A program made the position numbers and the translations under genes. Shown piece after piece: positions 12,601 through 24,600 of a DNA stretch of 64,000 nt (positions are counted from its first letter, which is position 1; each line of letters starts with the position of its first letter). The notes under the pieces are model-generated. The model was not told where the DNA came from and did not search any database. It saw only the letters and a list, made by a program, of their open reading frames with translations. The stretch is from contig CM119379.1 in NCBI GenBank assembly GCA_051294905.1, positions 25,606,001 to 25,670,000 of the forward strand, given 5' to 3'. The DNA comes from Botryllus schlosseri. Taxonomy: Eukaryota.

Positions 12601-15600
12601 CACAAAAATCTGATATTCGAAAACGCTCTTGTCTTCATTCATAACAGGCCTCGACCAACCTAAAAGCAACGAGTTAAAAAGGTAAGAATTTAAAAGAGCT
12701 CAAAAACAAAAACAGTTTCAAGTGGGAAAACAACAGAAGGTTTAAAATGGTGGCTGCTAAATGCATAAATGAAACTGACCATTGGTTTGTTCAAAAATAA
12801 CTTCACTTATTCACTGATTAAATTGTTGGTTTGCCTAACAAACGCGGCACACCAAATTTGACTCCACGCCAACTGGCAGATGCGAACGCACAGGAGTTTG
12901 GAAATTTTCAAGTTATTTTAATTTTTTTTTTAATTTCAAATTTTACTGTTAACCTCATGAAATTGTCGAGTTGACTGAAATAAGTCTCTAGTTCAAATAA
13001 TCTCTGTGAAACTCTTGGGTGATATCGAAGGCCCCGGATTCAAAATACACTCATTTTACTCACTCTTAACATGTTCATTTGAAAGAGATAAAATCGGGTT
13101 TATGCGCCTATTCTTCAACTTCAATTATCAGTCCTGGTACGCGAGATTTGATCAAGTCATATAGAATGTCTCGAGTCCTATGACTTAGTCGAGTCATGCG
13201 CAACGACTCGAGTACAGGTCGAGTAACGAGCCGACTCAAGTGGAGGCATGACTCGAGTCATTACAACCCTACACTAGGGCTGTTCAAAAAAACCTTTTCC
13301 TTCAGATTTCACTGGCTACCTGATAAAATTGTTAGGTTGGTTAAAAAAAAACGCTGCACACCAAATTTGGCTCGATTACAACCACTAGAAACGGAGTTAT
13401 TGCAGTAGAAAAATTTCTAATTCCATGATTTTATAATAATAATCGAAGAGCTAGTCACCGTAAACACTATTTTATTCAAATCCAAATTTTTCTACTGCAA
13501 TAACTTCGCTTCTAGCGGTTGGAATTGAGCCAAATTTGGTGCGCATCATCTGTATTAACAGCCTAACAATTTTATAGGGTCGGCAGAAAAATTTTGAAAT
13601 TTTATTTTTTTGTTTTTTAATGATGAATTCAAAACTTTCTACTGCACGAATCTCACTTCTACTAGTTGGAATGGAGCCAAAGTTGGTGTGCAGCGTTTTT
13701 TTAACCAACCTAACAGTTTTATCAAGTAGCCAGTGAAATCTGAAGGGAAAGTTTTTTTTTTGAACAGCCCAGCATTTACTACACTTGGAGTCAACAATGC
13801 AAACATAATATCGACACCAACCTATAATCAGACTATGTGAGAGTTTCTTTGTAATTTGTAAATCTTGGGGGTATGGCGCGACGCCGCGTAGCAAAGCGGA
13901 ATGAGACATGCTAACTCCTTCGCGATCGGAAAACCTTTCGTCTGAGCCGTTTAGTAATGTCTCTCCGTGAAGCGCGTTGCTCCTGCAAGGCGAAAAACAC
14001 AGCCGAGATTCGCTATAATCATAAAAGGCTAATTCCATTATAACTTAGCGAGGGCTGTAATGCATGCCCGCAGAAATGTCCAATATTTACAAATGTTGTT
14101 CTTTTTTTTAATCTTGGGTACATTAAAAAAAATTAAATTCAAAAATTTCCGGCGGATCAAAAGATATCACGATTCAAAATTTTCTTGTCACTAGGTGGCG
14201 CTGCATGCAAAAATCTTCAAAGTCCCTATTTTTTGCTTTAATGATGGCAGAGAATCAATTAAAATGTCTAATTATCCAATTCTGGGGCCAAGGAACTGAA
14301 AAAAATCAACTTTTTCGCTCTAACTCAAAGGAAAAAAAGTAGCGGATGAAAAAAAAATTGTTGCAAAATGTATTGATAAAAAATCGGAATTACCAATTAA
14401 TCTCCATTCCACAACGAAATAACAAAACATTTTTGTCTTTGAATTGTGTAATTGGTCATTAATAGTAGTTACGGTGGGCAGCAGCGCCCCAATTTTTTTT
14501 CATCCGTAACATTTTTTCCTTCGAGTTTAGAGTGAAAAAGTTGATTTTTTTGCTGCACCTAGAATTCAAAAAAGAATAACATTTGCATATGTTGGACAAT
14601 TTTGGGGGTATGCATTACAAATATCAAAAAATTTGCTAAATTATAATGGAATGACTCATAATAAGGCGGTTGTCTACTCAAATGTGTCAGTGGACAGAAA
14701 ATAATTCAAAATCGAGGCTTGCCATACCTTTTCGTATCACCCAAAATATCAAGATCAGCATCGCGTGAATCATCGACGGCGGCCACCAGAAAATTGGAAG
14801 GAACCAGACCACGTTCTCCGTTTTCCAATTCTCCTGAATTCACAAAGTAAACTGCTTCAAGTTCCGAGCTAACAAGGTAACTTTCCACAAAATGGTGCTA
14901 AGATTGTCGATATATGATGCAGGGTTGTAATGACTCGAGTCACGATTTTCTGATGACTCGACTCGACTTGGACTCGAGTCATCGCTCACGACTCAAACCA
15001 AGTCATATGACTCGAGACTCAGACGGCCGAGACCGACATTTCATTGTAATTTCGAAGCACAGTGAAGTCACCACCCTATTGGGATTTCTTCTATTGGTAC
15101 TGGTACTTGAAAATGCGACCAGAAACTGTTAAAAGTGGGGGAAATTAGTATATTATAAATGCGAGCCATTCGATATCACCAAGCAGAGTTATAAAAGTGG
15201 GTTTAACAAGACTTTAACAGGAAACTGAGCAGTCAACACAATGACTTGGACTCGGACTCTAGTCATAATACCATGACTCGGACTCAAACCTCTGCTCGAT
15301 GACTTGGACTCGGACTTGACTCGGTGGTGAATTGAAAATGACTCGACTTGACTCGAGTCAAAACTCGGAGCTTTGTGATTTGGTTACAACCCTGTTGACT
15401 AGTGTCAGTGATGGGTTTATATCAATATACAGATATTATTCCACCGCAAAAACACAGTAGCTACCTTCATAGAAGCCATCCTCATCCATGGAACCGTAAA
15501 CATACACATAATCGCCGGCATAGAACTTCAATTCCACTTCCGGAAACTCGTTAGGACCGTCGAACGGATCGTATGTGTACTTGGCGATGAATAGCTTGAC

Positions 15601-18600
15601 TTTTTCTAAGGTTGCAAACAATATTTTCAAATCGTGGGCATATTTCAGTGATACTCGGCCATTTTTAGCATAGGTCCAGTAAAATTGCTTACGACCGTTA
15701 TGACTCTCATCAACTATATTACAGACATACAAATGTAATACTACATAGTTATATACAAAATCCGGTAAAACTGTATTGGCACACCGCACAAGCATATATT
15801 TGTGATTCCGTTAGTCACAGATAATAGGGAGAACGCGCATTTTTTTAATTTTTTTTGCTAGTTCTATAAATCTTGGTTTGAAACTGCAGACTTGGACAGC
15901 TAGAAAATGTTCAGCTTTGGCAAATTAGATCATAATTGAAATTATAAAAATACAGATTAGAATTACTGAATAGGCGATTGGAAATTTATTGAAGTTCACA
16001 TCATATCAGAGTTTATCCACATAAACGTGAGAATGGGAAATGTCTGCACAGCAAGCTTGGTTCGTTTCGCACCATACAGTAGCAGCCCAGCCTTAGATAC
16101 ACTGTGCGATTGCATGTATTTTGAATTGTATCTTTTATCAACTAGCGACAGCTTGAAAACTTCAAACCTGTAGATTCGTCCATATCGGGTTTTATGATTT
16201 CTTCAGAAACTTCTTCAGCCTCCGAACTTTCATTCTTGACATCTGGAAGTTGACGAGAAAGGGTTACTAGAATATTTTGCACCAGATATATATAATTGAT
16301 ATGCAGCGTATTGGATCTAGCCTGAAGCCAGACTTACAAGGCTCTTTGCTTGTAAGAGTTAATTCATCAAAAAAAATTATAATTTCGATACTAATTTCCA
16401 CTGTGAAAGCCTTGCAACATCGATTGGTCATATCCCCTTGACGAAGTAGGCTTAATCTATTTAAAGTAAAAGTAGCTTGTTACTGACCGCCTCTGTTGGG
16501 TTCAAAGGGGCTTTCCAATTTTTTTAAAGTCATAATAAAATGATGACTTTCGTTTTAAGGATTGATCATGAGGCCTGTTCGAAAAAATATTTTGATCAAG
16601 TTTTACTTGCTACTTGATAAAATTGTTAGGTCGTCTAAGAAACTGCTGCACGCCAAATTTGTCTCAATTCCAGCCTATAGAAGCATTGCTATAAAAAAAA
16701 AGTTTTGGATTTATTTATTAAAATTTTTTTTATCAAAATGTTACTGACTACTTCATGAACTTTTTAGTTTGACTGAAAAAACGTTGCACAACATATTTGG
16801 CTCAATTCCAACACGAAGAAGCGAAGTTATTGATGTTTAAAATATAGGATTTCAAATCGTAGTATTTACGTTGGGTAGATCTATAATAAATAAGTAAAGA
16901 ATTTGCCACCTTAAATATGATATTTTTCAAATTCAAAATTTTGAACAAAATAACTTTTCATCTACTGGTTGGAATTGAGCCAAATTTGTTTTGCATTGTT
17001 TTTCCGACAACCTAACATTTCATGGGGTAGCAAGTAATACTTTTTGAAAAACTATATTTACTTTTTTTATATATAGCAATGCTTTTATAGGCTGGAATTG
17101 AGCCAAAACTGGCGTGAAGCAGTTCTAGGCGACCTAGCAAATTTATCAAGTAGCCAGTGAAATTTGAGAAAAAAAGTTTCTTTTTTAACAGCCCTATTGA
17201 TCATGCCCCTGAAACTATATTATACCTAGGCAACACACCTCACATACAAATCATGGACTCAAACTGACCGATGTAAACCCAGAAAGATAATTGCTGGTGA
17301 TTACAGACAAGTCAATTTGTGGGCATGAATCTTTTATACATGGTATTGAACGTTGATGGTAATTGCTGAGATCTTGTATCAGATCGCTGGCAGTAATTGA
17401 TTCCAACTGATTAACTAACTGTCACTTCGTTAGCACAAATTAAAGAAATCACCCATCATTAAACCATTTAATTAAAAAACACCCAATACCGACTTGACAA
17501 ATTGAAGTTGTTGGAAAACCCCAGGAATCCTAATAAATTATACATACCATCCAAGGTAAATGAACTGAATAGGCTTTAACACAATTGAAATCCAATATCA
17601 ACTGCCTGCGTACAGTAGATTTTGACACACAGAAAGAGTGATTAAAAATAATCTTTTATTAACCTCACTTTCGCGCGAAGGCCCGCCATGCGTCAATCCA
17701 ACTCTAGAACGGACGAACACTACACCAATTAAAATTCACCAGCCAATCACGATCGGTAAGCCTGGGTAGACACGATCCCGATTATTACGAAGCCCAATCC
17801 TCAATAGTTGCACTGTGTGGTATTAGTTGAATTTCATTACAGACAAATTCAAGTCCTTACTAAATCTCCCAATCCTCATAAAGGTAGTCGGAATCTGCGG
17901 TATCAGTTAAACTAACGGCCAAGGCTCGAAAGCTATCACACGCTTCGTCGATACAGTCCCACAATCATCATCAATAACGCTTTATTTCACGCTGATTTCC
18001 CGCGGAATTACGAATATAAGCCTGCGCGCTTTTTCTCAAGGTCGTTTTTCAAATAATACACAGCTTCATCATGGATTGTCTATAAAGAAAAGCCCGCAAA
18101 ACCAACAAAGCTACATTACGGCATCAGGCTGTGCTTACGAAGGCCCTGCGTCAAATTCGCCAAAACCATTCTCTAGCCACCAAAAGTGTACGTTCTTCCA
18201 GTATAGTCCTTCAAGTTATACATAGCCTCATAAGGAATTGGCTATAAAGAAATCCCGCTAAACCAACACACAACAGCGTTTCCCGCTAAGCCAGATTACG
18301 GTATCAGGCTGTGCTTACGGAGCAGTCAATGAAAATCGTTTCGCTGACCTCCAAGAGTCTAAAACATAAATTCTAAGCCATGATGTAAGCTTAACCAACA
18401 AACAGCAGCGTATCTATCTAAGTCAGGGTGTGCTTATGAAGCCCTGCATCAAATTCTCCGCTAGCCCCAACAAAATCATGATATATACATTATACACGTT
18501 CTAAGCCTTGATATCCCGGTGTATCGACCGCGTTTTTCTCACATTTGCAAGAGCAAACATACCGACTGCTATCGCGGGCCAAGCGCACCCGCGCGGTGGG

Positions 18601-21600
18601 AGATGACTATGAAATATTGATGAAATACAACGGCTCGCTTTTAAGGCAACGGCTATCGATCGCCGCATCGGAAAGAGATTTTTAACGCACGCGACATCTA
18701 CGACTGATTTCGGTATCGACGCGGAACAATCAACAGAAACACCGACTCGCGCGGGCCTAGCCTGCAGTTGGGAAACCAAGAAAATTTTCAGCCACATAAA
18801 TTTAGATTACATTTAAAACTACTGAATCCGCCGCAAAAGCTCGGAGATTAAATTATATGACCGACATTTCACTGCCATGAGTTGAATTCGATTCTGGCCT
18901 AGGCCTATCAATCTATCTACGGAGCCAAATTATGTATCTAACAACTAACACGCTATTATTCACTGCGCAATGCGCATAGTTACGAGAGCTACAATATCTT
19001 TCAAGTAGCAACTGGCTGTCATTTATCTTTTGTTTACAGCCCTCGAACGCTATGGAACGGTCTCTCTTGACGAAAGCCGCAATGATCAGGCTTAAAACAC
19101 TCCAACTCATTTTGTTACTAACCTTATTTCTGTTTTTTTTTCTTCTGGAAACGCTACAGAACTGTATAGCACGAAACGAGCCATGCTCGGCGTACAGACA
19201 TTTGCCGTTCTCGTGCTCACGAGAACGGAATTTAATTGGGTGTCCGGACAATACCGAGAAAACCATTACCGAGAATGCCATTACCGAGAATGGACACCAC
19301 CGAGAATGGACATTAGCGAGAATTGACACCACCGAGAATGGACATTACCGAGAATGGACACCACAGAGAATGGACGCTACCGAGAATTGACACCACAGAG
19401 AATGGACATTACCGAGAATTGACACCACAGAGAATGGACAGAACCGAGAATTGACACCACCGAGAATGGACATTACCGAGAATGGACACCACAGAGAATG
19501 GACGCTACCGAGAATTGACACCACAGAGAATGGACATTACCGAGAATGGACACCACAGAGAATGGACGCTACCGAGAATTGACACCACAGAGAATGGACA
19601 TTACCGAGAATTGACACCACAGAGAATGGACATTACCGAGAATGGACACCACAGAGAATGGACATTACCGAGAATGGACACCACAGAGAATGGACATTAC
19701 CGAGAATGGACACCACAGAGAATGGACGCTACCGAGAATTGACACCACAGAGAATGGACATTACCGAGAATATTGACAATACCGAGAATGGACATTACCG
19801 AGAATGGACATTACCGAGAATATTGACATTACAGAGAATGTACATTACCGAGAATGGACACCACAGAGAATGGTCATTACCGAGAATATGGACAATACCG
19901 GGAATGGACATTACAGAGAATGGACACCACCGAGAATGGCCATTACCGAGAATGTATATTTCCGAATATGAAGAATGTCGTGAAAGCTAAACCAGAAAAT
20001 ACCTAATATCACGACGTTGGGATCAATGTTATTTATAGTTGTTACGCGCTGTTGTCCAAGGGACCGCGCAGTGAGTTGGGGAGTGCGCGCAGCCTCGTGA
20101 AAAATTAGAGAGTGATGCACATACGATTTGTGTTTGTGCAATGTGCAATGTGCATATGCAAAACATGCGTGCATTATAGGCATTGTGCATATGAGACAGG
20201 ACAGAAATGTGGTAATCTAACCCGTTTACTGTAAAATGTCTCGTACTACTTTCTGCCACCGATAAGGTGATAAGCGTCGCATTGTTTCCTTCTCAACAAT
20301 TACCAATTAATAATAACAATATGCTGCTGGAAGGGGAAGGTGCAGAATAGCCTTATAAGGCTTTCCAAGTCGAGCAAAGTAAACATTATTGAGAGGACAT
20401 TACTAGTAGCCTAAAGCCAACCGTTTGCTGAAAATGACTAAGCTGCATCAACCGAAAATGTAGGCCATGATCCGCCTAGACACTTGTTTATCCCCTTTTC
20501 GAGATTTGAAAGAATTGATGCCTTCTTGCTTCATACCAATCACAGCAGCTCGATGAGTTCCGCTAGTATTACAGATATCCGTTCCTTTGAAGAAAACTAT
20601 TGTGTCATAGTTTGCCTTTTCGCTTTCAAGCAGATAAAACGAATTGAGATACGAATCACAGCAGGTTGATGGGTTATTAGAGGTATCCATGCCAGTGAAG
20701 CGATGGAATTCCTTATCGAACCATAGTTTCTTTAGTGGCTCTTAATCATATTATGCTCTTTTAAGATTAGAATCACAGCAGGTTGTTACAGATTTGTGCG
20801 CCAGTGAAGCGAAATTATTCAATGTTATGCCGTAGTTGCGGTATCATCACCACACTAATGTGGAGTGTTCGAGACAATCAGCTGTTTTAAAACCAACCGT
20901 ATCGGTCAATCACATGCTTTACGACTAAAAGTCATGACAGGTGTTGGTCAGCTAAGGGAGGTGGACGACGAAACGGCAGAACAATCAGGACCTAATGTAT
21001 TAGCAAAATACATTACTTCGACCCGAGGAAATAAGTTAATCGCTGTTGGCGAGTTCGTATTTAGGAGAATGAAAGTTTCGAATGGTACTTCGTACTGGAT
21101 ATGCACGCATTATGACAGAAAAAAATGTCGGTGTTCATTGAAAGTCCTTGAAGGATCAGAGCCACCAATCGTTCTGAAGCAATCTCAAGAACACAATCAC
21201 AGTGCTACGTTTGCATAGTAGTAATGTACTGATATAGAAACAACCGTTAGCTAATCTATTGTATTGTCGCACTGCTGTTAATTTCATACTAAGCATTTTT
21301 AAAAGGGTTGTTTTTCTTCTGCCTTATTCTCGATTATTCACCAGATACACAGAATGGCACGCCGACGGCACATTTAAAACTGTGCCAAATCTCTTCCATC
21401 AGATGTACACCATCCATTTTACAAAAGATCATGAAACTGTCCCTGGAGTTTACGCTCTCTTGACCCATAAAGACGTATCCATGTACAAAAAGTTACTGCA
21501 GGTAAATCATAGACGTCGTTTCGATGGGTTTACAAACATGTGTAGAGCGCTACACCTGCATGAGCAGTGAGTCTGCATATTCGACTATGCGTAACTGATT

Positions 21601-24600
21601 AGCCTATTCCTATATCAACAGGTGCTAAAACAAAGAAGGCCAGACTTGAATCCGACAACACTTATGCACGACTTTGAATCCTCAGCGATTCGAGCATTCT
21701 CGGAAGTATTTCCGAACATTAAAATCACGGGCTGCCTATTTCATTTGAGCCAAAATGTGCAGAGAAAGGTCCAAGAATTAGGTTTGAAAACTGAGTATCA
21801 ATCTAATTCCGGTTTCTCCGCTCAGGTAAGCGTTCATTTTATCTACGGCGTCAACGCTAAGTGTAAAACGGGATGATTACTTTCAGGTGAAGTGCTTGAC
21901 GGCCCTTGCTTTTGTGCCCGAGTGCGACGTCAAACAGTGCTTCGAAATATTGACTTCTTCCAACTCAGGCTGGTCAAGTTTTGCCGAAGACTTGGCTAAT
22001 TATTTCAGGGACACATATATAGGTAGGCTATATTAACAGATGCAATCTTTTTCACTGTTGCGGATTGGATTGGCCACATTGAAATTCTTGCTGATCTGGA
22101 TTATTTTGTATTGCGTCATCCAGTTTGAATCAGTGTAAGATAGTATAGCATTTTTGGTGTGTTGAGATGTCTAAAACTATGGGGTAGAATCGAAGACTAC
22201 TCCAACGATGTTCATATTGTTATTATTGTATCTTCACGACCTTGTTGTTCTATCTTAACCACCTAAATCTTTATAATCACCACCCGTCAGACTAGATTAT
22301 GCCTGCGATGCATTTATATACCAACAACACTAATCGATTCCCATATTAAGTCATCAATAGCGGCGCCGAAATTTGTTTGCGATTCGCTTTCGCCGCTTTG
22401 TGACCAAGTCATTATTCACATATCAGCCTACTGAATTGAATAAAATAATCCATCTAACTCTATATTTTAATATATAACTTAACTGGCATATGTTTATGCG
22501 TGTAGAGACGTAAACGCGAACTGGCATTTGTACGTACATAGATTTAACCCGATTAATCTACTACAATTTAAAACATTGCCTAATTGCAAAAAAGCACACC
22601 TCTCCCCCTTTTGATTCACCTCTGAAGATTGATGAAACTTTTGCGAATTGTCCATGACTAACGTCTTTTCATTATCACATTATATCAAACATTGATAGTA
22701 CCGATTTGCTTCGCGAATATATGAAGTATTTAACTCATTATTGTTTCTGCCTTAGGTATCACGAATGATCAACAAGGCAGTAATAGGCGGCCGCTGTTCC
22801 CACCCAGCATTTGGAATGTGCGACAACGTACCATCGATGGCATGCACCGAACCAACAATTCTGTTGAAGGATGGCATCACGGCTTCCGCGTTCTAGTTGG
22901 AGGATGTCACGTAACCATTTGGAAATTTTTAGAGTGTATAAAGTGAGTATAAACAATGGAAGATGTATATGTGTACTTGGTTTCAACTTGAATATACACA
23001 TATATTTTTGAAGGATGGATGTCATGCAAAATCGAGTGCAGCTGTTACAAACTTCCACAGGCCAGGCAACGCCTAAAAGAAAGAAAAAATACGTCGACAT
23101 TAGCGACAAATTGAAGCGGCTTTGTGATGAAGCGTGGTCAGCCGACATGACTACAGATTTTCTGCCTAGAGTGGCATACAATCTAAGTGAATAAATAGAT
23201 AATAGCGATCACCACATATTTAGCATCCTTTCTGATGAAGAAACGCCAAGTCTGTGTTGGTGATCACCGCTGTACCTATTTATCCTCTGGATGTTTCATT
23301 TTAGCATGCCACAGACAAGTAATAAAATGCAAATAACCTGGAACATGATTGCTTATAATGTTGGAACTAGAGTTTCTGGGCTTACAGTAAATTCAGAACT
23401 TCTCAGTCTCTTATTTTTGCTAGCCGTAGAAGCTTTAAAACAGTAGGAAAGGAGTGACAAGGAAATATAGCGTGACTATCTGCAAGATAGCGTAATGGTT
23501 GGCTGTCAGTTGTCAGGTTGCTGAGTAAAACGGCAGCCTACTGATAAAATATTCTGCGATTGTAACAGGTAGAATTATCATCATCGCGAAATGAAATTCG
23601 GGTCCAATTAGTACGGTACAGCGACGCAACGTATCATTGAATATAGATATGATATATTGCATTACAAAGGTAAGTGCACAATTCGTTGATTGTCCGATTG
23701 TTGAGCGAAGCCATTACCTAGGAATCACAATCGTCACGGTATAATCGAATATATTTCTGCGTAGGAATATTACGCAGTGTACAGTTTGTCTAGGTTTGCT
23801 AACTGCTTTAGATGAAAAATGTACCTCGGTTAATTGTATACGCAGCGATCAACGAAGTTTCTTTATCTTGTGCTGTTCAATCCTGATGAACGCGATAATA
23901 GAATTTTTAATCAACCCAACTTTATTATCTACGCCCTACATTAAATTGTGTTTGCGCCCAGAATCACCACAAGACACGTTCTCTTACAATAATTCGCGAG
24001 CCAGATTTTCGTGACGGTCACTACTGATTAAACACGCACTTTTTCCGTAGTAATCATCTGCTACCAATATTAATTCTTGTCTACTTGATACACTCTATTC
24101 CCGAATTATCGCGTCAGCCTAAACATATGAATTATCGCGTCAGCCTAAACATATATGTTGACCAATCTATAGAATGACTAACCGTCTACTGAAAATGAGT
24201 ATGCCCATGCCGCAAATGAAAAATGTAGCGACCATGATTTGCCAGCATATTTGTTACTCCCTTTGCGAGCTCTGTGAGAGTTGATGACTTCTCGATTTCA
24301 ACCATATTATACTCTTTTGAGATATGCATGACAACTGGATGCTACAGATTTCCGTATCAGTGAAGCGGAGTAGGCTAATTCGTATGTCACGGTTGGTACA
24401 CGAATCGGAAACGTTGTAGACAATCAGCTGATATTGTAAAACCGCTTTAAAACCAACCCCATTGATTGATGATCACATGCTTTAGGACTATAAGTTCACG
24501 TGTACAATTCATGCATGCACTCATGCAGGCATGTCATGCATATGTAGGTACAGATCGCGTGTATGTGCATCACGGCTATGCCACATTCGGTGTCAATTCG

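Noticed and set aside
16338-16348. 11-nt microexon with GTAAGT donor
   Set aside because: It would frameshift the main RIMBP path (phase 1 to 1 needed) and fits only with a weak alternative donor upstream
19249-19975. CRISPR-like regular repeats
   Set aside because: Units are contiguous 12-13-mers with no unique spacers, there are no cas genes, and the context is eukaryotic
19052-19990. ORFs with repeated [13 protein letters not shown] peptides (also 24496-25242)
   Set aside because: They are translations of the MULE tandem arrays, open in several frames and on both strands; not protein genes
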